The notes below the pieces were generated by a model that worked only from the letters and a program-made list of their open reading frames with translations, did no database searches and had not been told where the DNA came from. Positions 36,241 through 46,700 of a stretch of 64,000 bases of DNA are shown one piece after another. The DNA is from a virus, in the IMG/VR virus record IMGVR_UViG_3300041409_000157, positions 8,117 through 72,116 of that record, one strand, 5' to 3'. Position 1 is the stretch's first letter, and each line of letters starts with the position of its first letter. The position numbers and the translations under genes are program-made.

Positions 36241-36431
36241 TTGGGGGTTTGTTTCTGCGGTTTACGAACGAGAGCTTTCCTGACCTCTGGGATGCCGATA
36301 AGCAGGGCCATGTTGGCGATCATGGAGGCGCTCAGCTTGCGACCGGTAGCGCGCTCCACATCGGAAATGATGGCCTTGACCTTCTCTGCCCCCTGCGGGT
36401 CGATCCTGATTTGGATGCTCTCTGCGTTCAT
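36237..36431 (-). CDS. Small ribbon-helix-helix-like regulator
   Basis: SIQIRID strand followed by two helices; first gene of the long minus-strand operon. Confidence 0.55.
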   Translation of the reverse strand: MNAESIQIRIDPQGAEKVKAIISDVERATGRKLSASMIANMALLIGIPEVRKALVRKPQKQTPK

Positions 36432-36439
36432 CTGGGTGC

Positions 36440-36468
36440 AGAGTGGGGCAGAATGATTCTGCCGTCAA
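36440..36468 (-). promoter_or_regulatory. Promoter with palindromic operator in the spacer
   Basis: TTGACG-17nt-CACTCT; perfect inverted repeat GGCAGAAT-N-ATTCTGCC at 36447-36463. Confidence 0.65.
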
Positions 36469-36499
36469 CATCCTTTTTACGAATTCTTGAAAAAGAATC

Positions 36500-36982
36500 C
36501 TACCGGCGTGCGCGGGCCGTCCAGTAGGAGTCCAATGCGCGGCGGATTTCACGGGCCAGAGCGTCCCCGGTAAGTTCGGATTTATTGATGAATCCCGAGG
36601 CTCCCAGCGCACGCATCTCCTTCTCCACATCGTAGTAGCCGGAGACGCAGAGAAATGGCAGCTCGTAGGAATGCTCCCGCCACATCCTCACTAAATCCGC
36701 TGCCGTGCCGCCATCCAGCCTGTAGTCCAGCACGGCCAGATCGTAACACCTGGTGGCAATCATCGCCATGGCCTGCCCCACCGACTCCGCCATCTCCACT
36801 TGGCAGGAGCGCAGCGCCGGAAGCCGGAATAAATGCGTGAAGCACAGGCGCATGTCGTATTCGTCCTCCACCACGAGCACGCTGGCAGGCTCCACCTTTT
36901 CCGACGTGTCCCCAAACACTCTCCGCTCGCACTCATGGGCGGCGCGGGACAGGAAATGCGAATGCGACAGCGCGGTGGTCAC
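36500..36982 (-). CDS. Single-domain response regulator (CheY-like receiver)
   Basis: VLVVED, DLAVLDYRL (phospho-Asp), CVSG, GASGFINK; GTGA-coupled start. Confidence 0.85.
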   Translation of the reverse strand: MTTALSHSHFLSRAAHECERRVFGDTSEKVEPASVLVVEDEYDMRLCFTHLFRLPALRSCQVEMAESVGQAMAMIATRCYDLAVLDYRLDGGTAADLVRMWREHSYELPFLCVSGYYDVEKEMRALGASGFINKSELTGDALAREIRRALDSYWTARARR

Positions 36983-37278
36983 TTCCAAAAGTGGTTGAAG
37001 ATGAAGCTTACCGCAACCCCTCCACCGGAACCAATCAGGCAGCACATCCAGTAGGCCCCCTTGGCCTGCTGCTTGGCTTCCTCGTGCTTGGCCACCACCG
37101 TCATCAGGCTGTTCACATTCTCCGTCAGGGCGTGAAGCTTAGTCGTCAGGACGCGCACGGATTCCTGCAAGCCCACCCGACCGCCATCAGCGGAGGATTC
37201 TAGGGCGTTGAGAATCTTGAGCAGCGTCTCCTGATGCTGGTGCTCCAAGGCGGTGATGCGGCGCTCTAAGTCGTTCAT
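36979..37278 (-). CDS. Coiled-coil protein with C-terminal TM helix (lysis-module type)
   Basis: RITALE coiled coil plus hydrophobic C-terminus. Confidence 0.6.
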   Translation of the reverse strand: MNDLERRITALEHQHQETLLKILNALESSADGGRVGLQESVRVLTTKLHALTENVNSLMTVVAKHEEAKQQAKGAYWMCCLIGSGGGVAVSFIFNHFWK

Positions 37279-37329
37279 CGTGCAACCGGGGTGCGCGGCA
37301 GCAGGATGTCGCCGTCGGGTTGGGTGGTC

Positions 37330-37854
37330 TTACAGCCACTGATCGCGCACGCGGATACCGCGAGCCACAGCATCAGCCAGCTTCGTGCGCTGACGGTTTT
37401 GAGATTCATAGGCATGGAGGGTTACATCGTCGATGGTGAGCTTGGAAGGGTCCGCCACACGCTTGTGCGTGCCGACGGTGAGCAGTTGATGGCCGCCCGG
37501 TCCCGGAACGTCATTCAGCACGTAGCCGCCGGGAATAGTGATCTTCGTGTAGAGCGCCCCGGCCCGGCAGTCCACGTCGCCCACCAGCTTGCGCATGGCG
37601 GTGGCGAACTGAATGCCGCAGTGCTCGGAGATTTCATCGCAGGTGCCCCGCACGGCGGAGTTCTCCAAAGGCTGATTGCGTTCCTCACGATAGCGCACAA
37701 CGTAATCCCACCAGAATGGGTTGAAGGTGTCGTCCAGCCACTCCTCCTCGAAGATGAACACCTGACCAGACGCCTTCATCTCCGGCCATGGGTCATCCAG
37801 ATCACCGCAGGCGGTGGCCATGAGCATCTGCCACTCGAATGTGTTGATGAACAT
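37330..37854 (-). CDS. Hypothetical protein, possible papain-like Cys-His-Glu fold
   Basis: TCDEIS...GGHQ...YESQ spacing; located in the lysis-like block. Confidence 0.5.
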   Translation of the reverse strand: MFINTFEWQMLMATACGDLDDPWPEMKASGQVFIFEEEWLDDTFNPFWWDYVVRYREERNQPLENSAVRGTCDEISEHCGIQFATAMRKLVGDVDCRAGALYTKITIPGGYVLNDVPGPGGHQLLTVGTHKRVADPSKLTIDDVTLHAYESQNRQRTKLADAVARGIRVRDQWL

Positions 37855-37857
37855 GTG

Positions 37858-38244
37858 TCAGAGGGATTTGGCCACGCGCTGGTTGAAGGACACGTTGCCG
37901 GGTGACGCTGCCGTGGTCTTCGCCCCGGTGAGACTGTCCTTAAAGCTGGCCAGCACCTTGGGTTGCAGCTCAGGTGGCACGATCTCAGCAACCCCCTTCT
38001 TCAGCGCGACTCCAGAAGCCTCTGCCGAGAGCGGCTTCGTGAAGGTCACCTCGATGAGGTTCTGGAGCTTGGATTGGTAGGGCTGAATCTCCTTCACGGA
38101 CTGGCCCAGCTCCTGCACCCCGAAGGAGAGCGCGAGCTTGGCACCTGCTTTGAGCACATCCTGCGTGCCCGGCGAGAGGCTGTTCCACGTTTCGCAGCCG
38201 TTAAGGAGCAGGAGGAGCGGGAGGGCCAGGAGGAAGCGTTTCAT
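37858..38244 (-). CDS. Lipoprotein
   Basis: Signal MKRFLLALPLLLLLNG|C with lipobox; start re-assigned to 38244. Confidence 0.75.
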   Translation of the reverse strand: MKRFLLALPLLLLLNGCETWNSLSPGTQDVLKAGAKLALSFGVQELGQSVKEIQPYQSKLQNLIEVTFTKPLSAEASGVALKKGVAEIVPPELQPKVLASFKDSLTGAKTTAASPGNVSFNQRVAKSL

Positions 38245-38563
38245 TGCGTGCGATGTAGGAGGTTTTACCGTCGGGATTAGTGGGGCGGTCAAGCCACTGG
38301 CGGATCTGCTGGTCGAGGCCGGTCGAGGAGTAGCCAATGACGGCTCCGATAATGGCGTTGAACACGACCGGGTTCTTCACGCTGTAGCTCACACTGGCTG
38401 TCTCAGCGATGAACGGGTAGAGGATGGCCCCGAAGATGGGGAGAGCGAAAGGGATGAGCCAGTTCTGCCATTGGGATTTCTTGATGGCTTTGCCCGTGAA
38501 CCATAGCAGCACGGCGAGTGCTACTGGAGGGGAGAGCTGGGTGAGGTTGTCGAGGAAGTCCAT
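38201..38563 (-). CDS. Holin-like protein
   Basis: Three hydrophobic segments; NWLIP and STGLDQ motifs typical of phage holins. Confidence 0.7.
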   Translation of the reverse strand: MDFLDNLTQLSPPVALAVLLWFTGKAIKKSQWQNWLIPFALPIFGAILYPFIAETASVSYSVKNPVVFNAIIGAVIGYSSTGLDQQIRQWLDRPTNPDGKTSYIARNETLPPGPPAPPAP

Positions 38564-38602
38564 TGTCGTTATTTAGGACTGTGTCGCTGTTGCCGTTGGA
38601 CA

Positions 38603-39541
38603 TCAGGGGAAAATCACTTCTTCAAGTGATATATTGTAAATGTTCACATTTGTGCAATTTGCAGTTGTGGACAACCCCATATAGAAATTCCAAGGGACTG
38701 ACGTATCAACCTTATTGTTTGGGACGTAATTATATCGTGCCGCGTCAGCCGCCGATAGTTGCACTTGATTTGTCCAATCCCCGTAGTTTTTCAAGATTAC
38801 GTTCCCGGATAAAATTGACGGCCCAAAATTACCCGCCTGCATTGCACTTGTGGTGAATCCAAGATAGTTTGTATTAGAACCACCATATAGCCACATAGTC
38901 GCAACCGTCAAATTCAAGTTTGTCGGTTGTGCGTGATAGAAAATCAACACGATGGAGTTGGAACTTTTAAGTGCGGGAATGGTTGCTTTGAAGGCTTGCG
39001 TAATAGTAGCATAGTCGCCGGAGTTGGTCCGGTCAGCGGCGGCATTGGTAGCAACGGAACTGAAAAACAACGCATTGGTGCCCCAAAGAAATCGTCGTGT
39101 AATTTGATTGTTTATTAATGAAAGATTCGTCAGCCCCGCGCCGTTGCCGGAAATGACGTTGGCCATGTTTGTTAGGTTCTGCGCGGCCTGAAACGTCTTG
39201 GTTCCGGTAATGGTCTGCGCCCCATTCGTCGTCACCACCGCCACCGTCGGCACCCCGCTGCCAAGAATCTTGTTCGCGTCATACACCGCAATGGTGCTGG
39301 CCGTGGCGGCACTGTTGGTGGTGTTGCCATTGAGGGTGGTGCCATACATCTGCCAGTTGGTGACGCTCTGGCCGTAATTCGTAAGGCCCGCGACGATGCC
39401 GAGGTAGGTGCGCGCCTGCGCCGCATTGTTCATGGTCGAAACCCACGTCTGGCTCCATGGGGTGGGGCGATAAACGAATGACTGCGCCTGCACCGAGAAC
39501 AGCGACAGGCACAACAGGAGAATGGTGGGGATGATTTTCAT
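38603..39541 (-). CDS. Fibre/adhesin-like T/N-rich protein with Sec-type signal peptide
   Basis: MKIIPTILLLCLSLFSVQA|Q; QTITGTKTF and GNGAGLTNL fibre-type motifs; low-GC C-terminal module. Confidence 0.6.
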   Translation of the reverse strand: MKIIPTILLLCLSLFSVQAQSFVYRPTPWSQTWVSTMNNAAQARTYLGIVAGLTNYGQSVTNWQMYGTTLNGNTTNSAATASTIAVYDANKILGSGVPTVAVVTTNGAQTITGTKTFQAAQNLTNMANVISGNGAGLTNLSLINNQITRRFLWGTNALFFSSVATNAAADRTNSGDYATITQAFKATIPALKSSNSIVLIFYHAQPTNLNLTVATMWLYGGSNTNYLGFTTSAMQAGNFGPSILSGNVILKNYGDWTNQVQLSAADAARYNYVPNNKVDTSVPWNFYMGLSTTANCTNVNIYNISLEEVIFP

Positions 39542-39548
39542 AAAGGGT

Positions 39549-39965
39549 TCAGGCGGTGGGAGCGGGTAAAAACTGAATCGTAAGCTTCTGCCCAGCGGCA
39601 GCCGACTTCCAGAACCACTTATTGAGGTCAAACGCCACGCCATCCGGCGCGGGAATCTCGAAGCCGCCCTGCCCGGCACCAATCGTGTCGGCATTGGCGG
39701 ATGAGTTCGGCCCGATGGTGATGTCGGCGGTGTTCGTGGAGGGCGCACTGAGCACAGCACGCAGCACAAGCGTCGTCGTGGACACGAACGGCGTGGCGGC
39801 ACCGCTACCGTTGGTTGCGTCGATCTGCTGGTATTGCAGCACCTCAAGGTCATCCGGCCCCGGCGGCGACAGCGCGCCACACACCTTCTGCGGCGTGGTA
39901 ACCGGGCAGGCCGCAGCCGCCGTGTTGGAGGGGTATCCGGGATTGGGGGTGTATCCGTAGGCCAT
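39549..39965 (-). CDS. Putative structural protein
   Basis: Beta-rich; A..TNTA.I.IG motif. Confidence 0.6.
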   Translation of the reverse strand: MAYGYTPNPGYPSNTAAAACPVTTPQKVCGALSPPGPDDLEVLQYQQIDATNGSGAATPFVSTTTLVLRAVLSAPSTNTADITIGPNSSANADTIGAGQGGFEIPAPDGVAFDLNKWFWKSAAAGQKLTIQFLPAPTA

Positions 39966-39968
39966 AAA

Positions 39969-40442
39969 TCAGGAGGTTGGTGCAGTCACTACTTTGGGAG
40001 AGCGCAGCTTGCGGGGAGCCTTGGCGTTGAGCAGGGCAGGTTTCGCGTCACCGGCTGCCACGAGAGCGAGCCGCAGGAGCCGCTCCTCCACCATGAGCGC
40101 CCCGGTGAGAATCTTCGCGCCGACGCTGCCCATCTCCACGTCAATGACGCCTGCTCCACCCTCCATCTCGCCGGAGGCGTATTGCATCATCGTCTTGGCG
40201 TGCTTCTTGATGAGGTCCACCTCTTCAAGGCAGGTGACCGTCCGCGTCAGGGCCACTTCTGGGAAGCGGATCTTGTGGGACATGAACGACCCGACCACCT
40301 GCATGGCCTTGATGCTCTCGATGGTCGTTACCGCACCGATCTCAACGAGTGCCTTGCGGGCTTCCGCTTCAGAGGGTGTCCCCTGGATGACATCGAATTC
40401 GGTCAACGGTTGGACAATCTCAGTGGTGGGTTCAGGATTCAT
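39969..40442 (-). CDS. Hypothetical protein
   Basis: Helical, basic C-terminus. Confidence 0.6.
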   Translation of the reverse strand: MNPEPTTEIVQPLTEFDVIQGTPSEAEARKALVEIGAVTTIESIKAMQVVGSFMSHKIRFPEVALTRTVTCLEEVDLIKKHAKTMMQYASGEMEGGAGVIDVEMGSVGAKILTGALMVEERLLRLALVAAGDAKPALLNAKAPRKLRSPKVVTAPTS

Positions 40443-40815
40443 ACGCCTCCTTGGGCCAACCCATTGCGCCCGGCTCGATGCCTTCACCCTTGAGCCAGCA
40501 TTCCGAATCCTTGATGCGGGCTTTCACCGGCATGTAGCAGAAGCACCCCAGTGGCTTATCGTCATCCAGTCGAACATCCCCACAAGTGCGCAGCTCCGGG
40601 CAGTAAATCTCGCAGGACTCGCAGGCGTTGAGCCTCCGCTGAACCATCTCCTTGGATGGTTTCTTGGCGCGAATCCATCCCCAGATCGCCTTAAGAAAAC
40701 CCCACGCATGAAACCCCGCTACGCGCCATCCGCTGCGCCGGACATCGTAGCGGGCGGCGAGCCACAAGGCCCTTGCAAACCCGCTGTAGAATCGAACCCG
40801 GCGCATCTGTGCCAT
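40432..40815 (-). CDS. Cys-rich protein (R...CxxC...C.C.M..K...C..W)
   Basis: Cys pattern common in phage late regions; start uncertain. Confidence 0.6.
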   Translation of the reverse strand: MAQMRRVRFYSGFARALWLAARYDVRRSGWRVAGFHAWGFLKAIWGWIRAKKPSKEMVQRRLNACESCEIYCPELRTCGDVRLDDDKPLGCFCYMPVKARIKDSECWLKGEGIEPGAMGWPKEAYES

Positions 40816-40870
40816 ACGGTAGGCACAAACGACCTGTTGACAAGCAGTAAAATCGGTCCCTAATTCAGCC

Positions 40871-41080
40871 ATGGCAGTCGAACAGGACACTCTCGCGCGC
40901 ATGGCTTCTGGCCCTCAATGGGCTGCCCGCGAGTTGGTCCCCGTGATGCCGAGCTTCAGAATCATCTGCCCACGCCTCGCAAAGATTGCGCCGGATGAGG
41001 CCGTCGCCTACGATGCGGCCAATGAAAAATGGCGTCAGGAATTGATGGTGCGACTCACTGGCGGCTCCGCTCCTGCATAA
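40871..41080 (+). CDS. Hypothetical protein
   Basis: First gene of the plus-strand block; TTGACA upstream at 40837. Confidence 0.55.
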   Translation: MAVEQDTLARMASGPQWAARELVPVMPSFRIICPRLAKIAPDEAVAYDAANEKWRQELMVRLTGGSAPA

Positions 41081-41083
41081 TTT

Positions 41084-42451
41084 ATGGCCCTCCTCAACTA
41101 CACTTCCCCCGGCGTCATCGCCCCCGACTTCGCCGCCAAGAATGCCCTTGCGCTGCGCGGCCCGGCGGCAGCCTCCGCCAACACCGCCCCGGCGCGCACC
41201 GCTTGGTGGTATGATTCCTCGGGGCAGAAGCGGTCCATGCCGCTCACGGGGGAACTCGCCAATGCCACCTCCGTCACAAGCCGTAATGGCAGTCTCGTGG
41301 TGAATGGTCCCTTTGGGGAGAAGGTCTTTGGCGGTGGTGGTGCGGTGAACACCACCACAGCATCCGGCACCGAGGCTCCCCCCAAGTTCGATGTCCTGCG
41401 CAATGTCAAAGACCCGGAGATTGATGCGGCGGCTACCAGTGCGCTGCGTGGGGCACAGTCCACGGGTGCCCAGACGCAGAACCTTTTCCAGAACTACCTT
41501 GACCAGTTCAATGCCAAGTCCGGGGAGCAGGCGGCGCGGCTCGACAGGGAGACAGCCACCTACGACACCGCTGCGGCGGACCTCGACAAGTCGCTCCAGA
41601 AGAATCTCGAAACGCAGAAGGCCAATCTGGAACGCTCCAAGCAGGTGGACCTGAACACCCTGCTCGGGAACGATGAGCGGTATTCCCTCACACGGGGACC
41701 GCTCGGGACTGGCCGGAGCGGGGAGCAGGAGCGCACCTTTGCGGATTCCTACTACCGGGCCTCCCTGCCGTATCAAGAGCGGCTCGGCCTGCTGGACCGC
41801 CAGAACATCGGCGACGTGTATGCCTCCCGGCTGAACACTGCGCCGCTCGCCCGTCGCGCCACCAATGAGGCCCTCTCCGCGCTGCTCACCCCGGCGCAGG
41901 CTGCCTCGTCCATCCGCAGCGATGAACTGCGCAACCTCGGTGCCGCAGCGAATCTCGTGTCGAGCAATCGCTTCTACACGCCCTACTCCAGCGACCCCCG
42001 CCTGATCCCCGACCTGCCGACGCCAAATGCCGGGTATCGCCTGCCGTCCATCCCGAACTATGGTGGGGTGGGTTCGCCGACGCGCTCCCCTGGGTATGCG
42101 TTCCCCGGCGGGTTGCCCAGCGCGAATGCGCCGCAGGCCACGACCCGCAGTTCCGCTGAGGAAGCCTACTTCCGACAGACCGGTCGTTACCCTCAGAACG
42201 ACCCCTACTTCAACGAGGATGTTTACACGTCCCTCGGAGGTCGCGTGCAGCAACCGCAGAACGGTTTCGCGGTGGCTCCAACGAATGTGGCCTACGCTGC
42301 TGGTCAAGATTCGGCGCAACGCTTGCAGACTGCCCGCGCCTACGCTGACTCCATGTATCAGCAGCAGACCGGCATGGACCCGAACATGGACCGCAACTAC
42401 AACGAGGAAGTCTGGCGCGCATTCTACAACGAAGCCCTCAACGGCCAATAA
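41084..42451 (+). CDS. Putative internal virion/ejection protein
   Basis: 455 aa, A/Q/N-rich, no Cys; tandem with larger genes. Confidence 0.55.
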   Translation: MALLNYTSPGVIAPDFAAKNALALRGPAAASANTAPARTAWWYDSSGQKRSMPLTGELANATSVTSRNGSLVVNGPFGEKVFGGGGAVNTTTASGTEAPPKFDVLRNVKDPEIDAAATSALRGAQSTGAQTQNLFQNYLDQFNAKSGEQAARLDRETATYDTAAADLDKSLQKNLETQKANLERSKQVDLNTLLGNDERYSLTRGPLGTGRSGEQERTFADSYYRASLPYQERLGLLDRQNIGDVYASRLNTAPLARRATNEALSALLTPAQAASSIRSDELRNLGAAANLVSSNRFYTPYSSDPRLIPDLPTPNAGYRLPSIPNYGGVGSPTRSPGYAFPGGLPSANAPQATTRSSAEEAYFRQTGRYPQNDPYFNEDVYTSLGGRVQQPQNGFAVAPTNVAYAAGQDSAQRLQTARAYADSMYQQQTGMDPNMDRNYNEEVWRAFYNEALNGQ

Positions 42452-42454
42452 CCT

Positions 42455-43741
42455 ATGCCATTCGTCTTTGGAGAAACCCCCGCTCAGGCAGCCCGCATGG
42501 GCTACGGCATGGCTTCCGCAAACCGTGCCGCACAGCAACGCACCAACGAGTTGCAGGCAGGCTACGACTTCCGCACGAACTCCGAGGAAAACGCCAATGC
42601 GCTGCGCTACGCGGCCATGCTCAACCAGCGACAGCAGGAGGAGAATGCCTTGGGCCGGGAATCCGAGAGCCTTGGGATGCAGCGATATCAGCTTGGACAG
42701 CAGGCCGAGGCGGCAAAGCGTGCGGAGGACTGGCAGAAATATACGTTTGGCCAGCAGCTTGGACAGGCCAACAAGGAGTTTGACTTCCGCAAGGCTCAGG
42801 TAGATGAGCAGAAGGGTCTGCGTGAGGACGAATTGTCAAATGCTGGTAACGCTCTGGCCGGGGCGCTGGCTGACCTGAAGCCACAGCGTGACGCCGCGCT
42901 CTATCAGAAGCAGCAGGCGGAGGAAAAACTGGCCGCGCTCCACGCCAACGCGCAGAAGGAGGGATTGCTCCTTGATCCTCGTGGCCGGAAATACACCGGA
43001 ACCAGTCCGCTCACCCAGAACTTCAACCAACGTCTCGAAGACTACAACTTCGACCGGGATGCCGCGAACAATGCACTGAAGCCAATCCTTTCGGAGGCTA
43101 ACGCGCTGGAACGGCAGGCGCGTGGCAGCGGCTTCGTGGTTGAGCAGGCGGGTGTCCGCCATCAGAAGCGCGGGACGTTCTTCCCGTATGCGCAGCCAGC
43201 GGCTCAGGCTCAAGAGCAAGCCGCGCCGTCCGCCCCGCAGATTCCCGGCGTGCCTCCTGTCGTGGCCACCTATAACCCTGCATCTGGAGATTACTCTCGC
43301 GGGGCAGCCCCGACCCGGATTGTTGCCAATACGAATTGGGGCGGTGCTGGCGGTGCTGGTGGTGCGCCTGCTGCTTCGGAAGATGTCACGGATGAGCGCG
43401 GCCCGTCACTCAGTCCTCCAGCCCTTCCGCCTCCTGCGCGTCCACGAACGCTTCCACCGGTTACGCTTGCGCCTCCTCCGCAACCAACCGGATTCGCTCC
43501 TTGGACTCAAAATGTCGGACGTGGTGCGCTGCGCCTCGTGAAAAACGTCGGTGTTGGAGCGGTGCGCAACATTCCTTCGTGGTCGGAAATTGTGCAGACC
43601 TACCACAACATCGACAACCAAGCCGCCGACTGGTGGAAGAAATATCCTCCCGGCACTCCCGAAGCCTTGGCGGAAGAAGAATATCGCACAGAGCAAGAGC
43701 GAAACGTGCGTCCCTACCGCTTCAATCCGAGCTACTACTGA
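42455..43741 (+). CDS. Putative internal virion/ejection protein
   Basis: 428 aa, Q/A-rich coiled coil, no Cys. Confidence 0.55.
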   Translation: MPFVFGETPAQAARMGYGMASANRAAQQRTNELQAGYDFRTNSEENANALRYAAMLNQRQQEENALGRESESLGMQRYQLGQQAEAAKRAEDWQKYTFGQQLGQANKEFDFRKAQVDEQKGLREDELSNAGNALAGALADLKPQRDAALYQKQQAEEKLAALHANAQKEGLLLDPRGRKYTGTSPLTQNFNQRLEDYNFDRDAANNALKPILSEANALERQARGSGFVVEQAGVRHQKRGTFFPYAQPAAQAQEQAAPSAPQIPGVPPVVATYNPASGDYSRGAAPTRIVANTNWGGAGGAGGAPAASEDVTDERGPSLSPPALPPPARPRTLPPVTLAPPPQPTGFAPWTQNVGRGALRLVKNVGVGAVRNIPSWSEIVQTYHNIDNQAADWWKKYPPGTPEALAEEEYRTEQERNVRPYRFNPSYY

Positions 43742-43753
43742 GCCGGTAAATAG

Positions 43754-43782
43754 TTGACGGCAGTTTGGTTCCGGTTCAACCT
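43754..43782 (+). promoter_or_regulatory. Putative promoter for the giant gene
   Basis: TTGACG-17nt-CAACCT, 9 nt before ATG 43792. Confidence 0.4.
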
Positions 43783-43791
43783 TCAATCACC

Positions 43792-46700
43792 ATGCCGCAA
43801 ATCGTAGCAGTTACCGGGGTCGGGAACGTGGAGTTTCCTGACGACTATTCCCACGATCAGATCAAGGAAATCCTCGACCGCGATTACGGCCTGCCGTATC
43901 AGCGCAAGGAGCGCATCGCCATTGGCCGCGAGGCCGCAGCGCAGCCGGAGATCAGCCCCACCCTCGAAGCCCTCAAGCAGACGCCCTACAGCGACACCGC
44001 ACGCGACCTCACCAAGGGCTTGATCGGAGTGCCGGAAATGGCCGTCGGTCTGGCGGACCTCGTAAGCGGGGGTTACGCCGGGAAAGCCGCTGAAGCTGCG
44101 GGATTCACGCCGCGCAAGTGGAAGATGGACTTGGATGCGTCGCAGTCGCCAGAGCGTCAGGCAGCGCAGCAGAAGGTCTTTGAGGCGAAGGGCTTCGTGC
44201 CAACCGTTCAGGCGATGGTTGAGAACCCATCCACCATTCTGGGTTCCGCTGTGGAGTCTGCCCCCTCGATGGTCGCTGGCGGTCTGGTCGGCAAGCTTGG
44301 CCTTGCGGCCGTCTCCAAGCTCGGCCACAAGGCAGCAGCTTGGGCGGCGGGCGTTCCAGCAGCAGCAGTGGCCGGTGGCGTTGGTGAAGGTGTCGTGACT
44401 GCCGGGCAGCAGGCCGAGCAGATTCGTCAGGAGACTGAGGACAAGCTCCTCAACTGGCAGCAAGTTGCGCTAGCGCTTGGCAGTGGTGTCGCCACTGGCA
44501 CCATTGGGGCCTTGAGCGGAAAGCTCGCTGCACGGCTCGGTATCCCCAAGTTCGAGACAGCTATTGCTCACGGCGGATGGACCAATCCCGGCGTTAAGAA
44601 ATCCCTCACCGAGCGCATCGCAAAGGGCATCGGTGGAATGGTCACGGAAGGCTTGCTTGAGGAGCTTCCGCAGTCCACGCAGGAGGCCATCGCTCAAAAC
44701 ATCGCCCTCGGGAAACCTTGGGATGAAGGTGTCGCTGAACAGGCCGCGCAAGGATTCGTCACTGGTGCTGCCATGGGTGGTGTCGCTGGCGGGTTCGGCG
44801 GTGGCCATGGCAGCGCCCCCGCCACGAACATCCAGCCCGCCCCCTCTCCACAGCCGACGCCCACCCCGGCACCGGCTCCCGCTGCTGCGCCGCAACCGGC
44901 ACCTCCGGCTCTGCGGCCAGCAGCACCCGTTCCGGCACCACCGCTCCCGGCTCTCTCGGGACAGGTGCTCAACACGCCCATCCAGAACTGGCAGGCGTCT
45001 CCCGGTGCGCCGCACACGCTGGCGCAGTCCCCGGATGCGTTCGGCGTTGGCAATCAGGTGGTGAAGCTCTCGCAGGCCGGTGGCGGGTTCGGCTCCATTG
45101 GCACCGTTACGGCAGTCACGGGACCGCAGGTGGACGGCAATCCCAACCCGACCGTCACGGTAAAGTTCCCTGACGGCTCCACTCGGGTGAGTGGCTTCAA
45201 GGAATACGGCTTCGCGGAAAACTTCAACGAGGCGCAGCAGCAGGTTGCCGCCGCACAGGGCAAGCCTTTCGAGCCGGGCTGGCAGGCACCCGCTCCACGC
45301 ATCACTCCTACGCCACTCCCTGAGAAGACTGGCTCCAAGCGGGTCGCCCCGCTGACCACCAGCGAGCAGCTTGTGGAGCGCATTTCCGCTGCGCGTGCGG
45401 CCGGTGACACCGAGACGGCCCGCAGGCTGGCGGCTGAACTGGACTTCCTTGGTAATCCTCCACGAAGCGTTAAGGACATAGAATCCGACTTGAATAAAGC
45501 CGCCAAGCCGTCAGCAGCCATCACGAAAGCTAGGAATGTGTTTCTTGATCCGTCCTCGACTCCAGATCAGAAGGCTGCCGCAAGAGCAACGATGGAGAGC
45601 GAGAAGCTGGTTCAGGATCGAAAGATAGACGCTCTTAAAGAGGAGCTTAAGGCGCATTCGGATGAGGCTCTCTTTAACAGTCTGGATAGGTTTTTGCAGC
45701 TTGAACTATCTCCGAAATACAGAGAGGACGATGATAAGTGGTTTGCGGCTAATTATTCATCCAGGGATGATCGGGGCAATCGCAATGCTGCCGCTGAAAT
45801 CCTGGTTGAAAGGGGTTTTGTGGAGAGGGGTGTGGCGGAAGCTAATGCGCGCATTAAAGCTGAGACTGTCCGCCCTGAAGCCGCCATGGAAGCGCGCCCG
45901 CAGGCTCCGCTGGGCATCCAGCGTGAGGCGGTTGTATCGCCGGAGGTGGCGGCGGCAGCGCGTGCGGCGGTGGGCTACAACCCGAAGGTGCCGGTGGTGC
46001 AGCGCACGGAGGGGGCGAGGGAGGCGTTGAGCGGGGCGCGGAAAACAGATGTCTCGAACCCTGCACTGATGACTCCTGACGAATACAAGTATCACTTGAT
46101 TCGGACGGAGGGACACCAATCCTTCCCTAAAGACTTGCGTGAGCAGAAAGCGCAAGGTGAGTTCCACAAGTATTATCTCGTGGAGGCATTCAAACAACAT
46201 GCCCCCGTTTCAGCGCGTGCTGCTGACAGGTATTTCTGGAAGGGCACCTTCTCTGAAGGTGGACCACAACTCCCTCCCGGCTACATTCGCAGTGGAGAAA
46301 CCTACGTTTATGCCCCTCAAAATGTCCCCCTCGAAAGCCGCCTTCCAGTTCAACCTGAAGGAAATGATGCGCTCGGGAAAACGCAGCCGGTCCCAAGCAT
46401 TGGCAGCGGCCTACAGAATCCAGCGGGCGGAGCAGCGGAAGGTGCGCAGGGTGAAGCGGCTAAGGGTGACGTAATCCTCGCCCGCACAGCTCCAAAGGAA
46501 CGTGCGGACATCAATAACGGCACCCGCGTCACCGAGTTCAGGGTCCGTAAGGTGACTCCGCAGGAGCAGAATGCTAACTGGGAACTCTACGGGCAGAAGC
46601 CTTGGGTGGTTGAGCGTCGCACTGTCAGTGCTGACCTTGATACCGGCACCGTGGAGAATGGTGAGTGGTCGCCATTCGCTCAAGGGGAATCCCGAACGCA

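Noticed and set aside
40865-42538. 557-aa minus-strand ORF and similar long antisense ORFs (e.g. 1045-2184, 33449-34549, 34515-35660)
   Set aside because: Shadows of high-GC3 genes on the opposite strand; no motifs.
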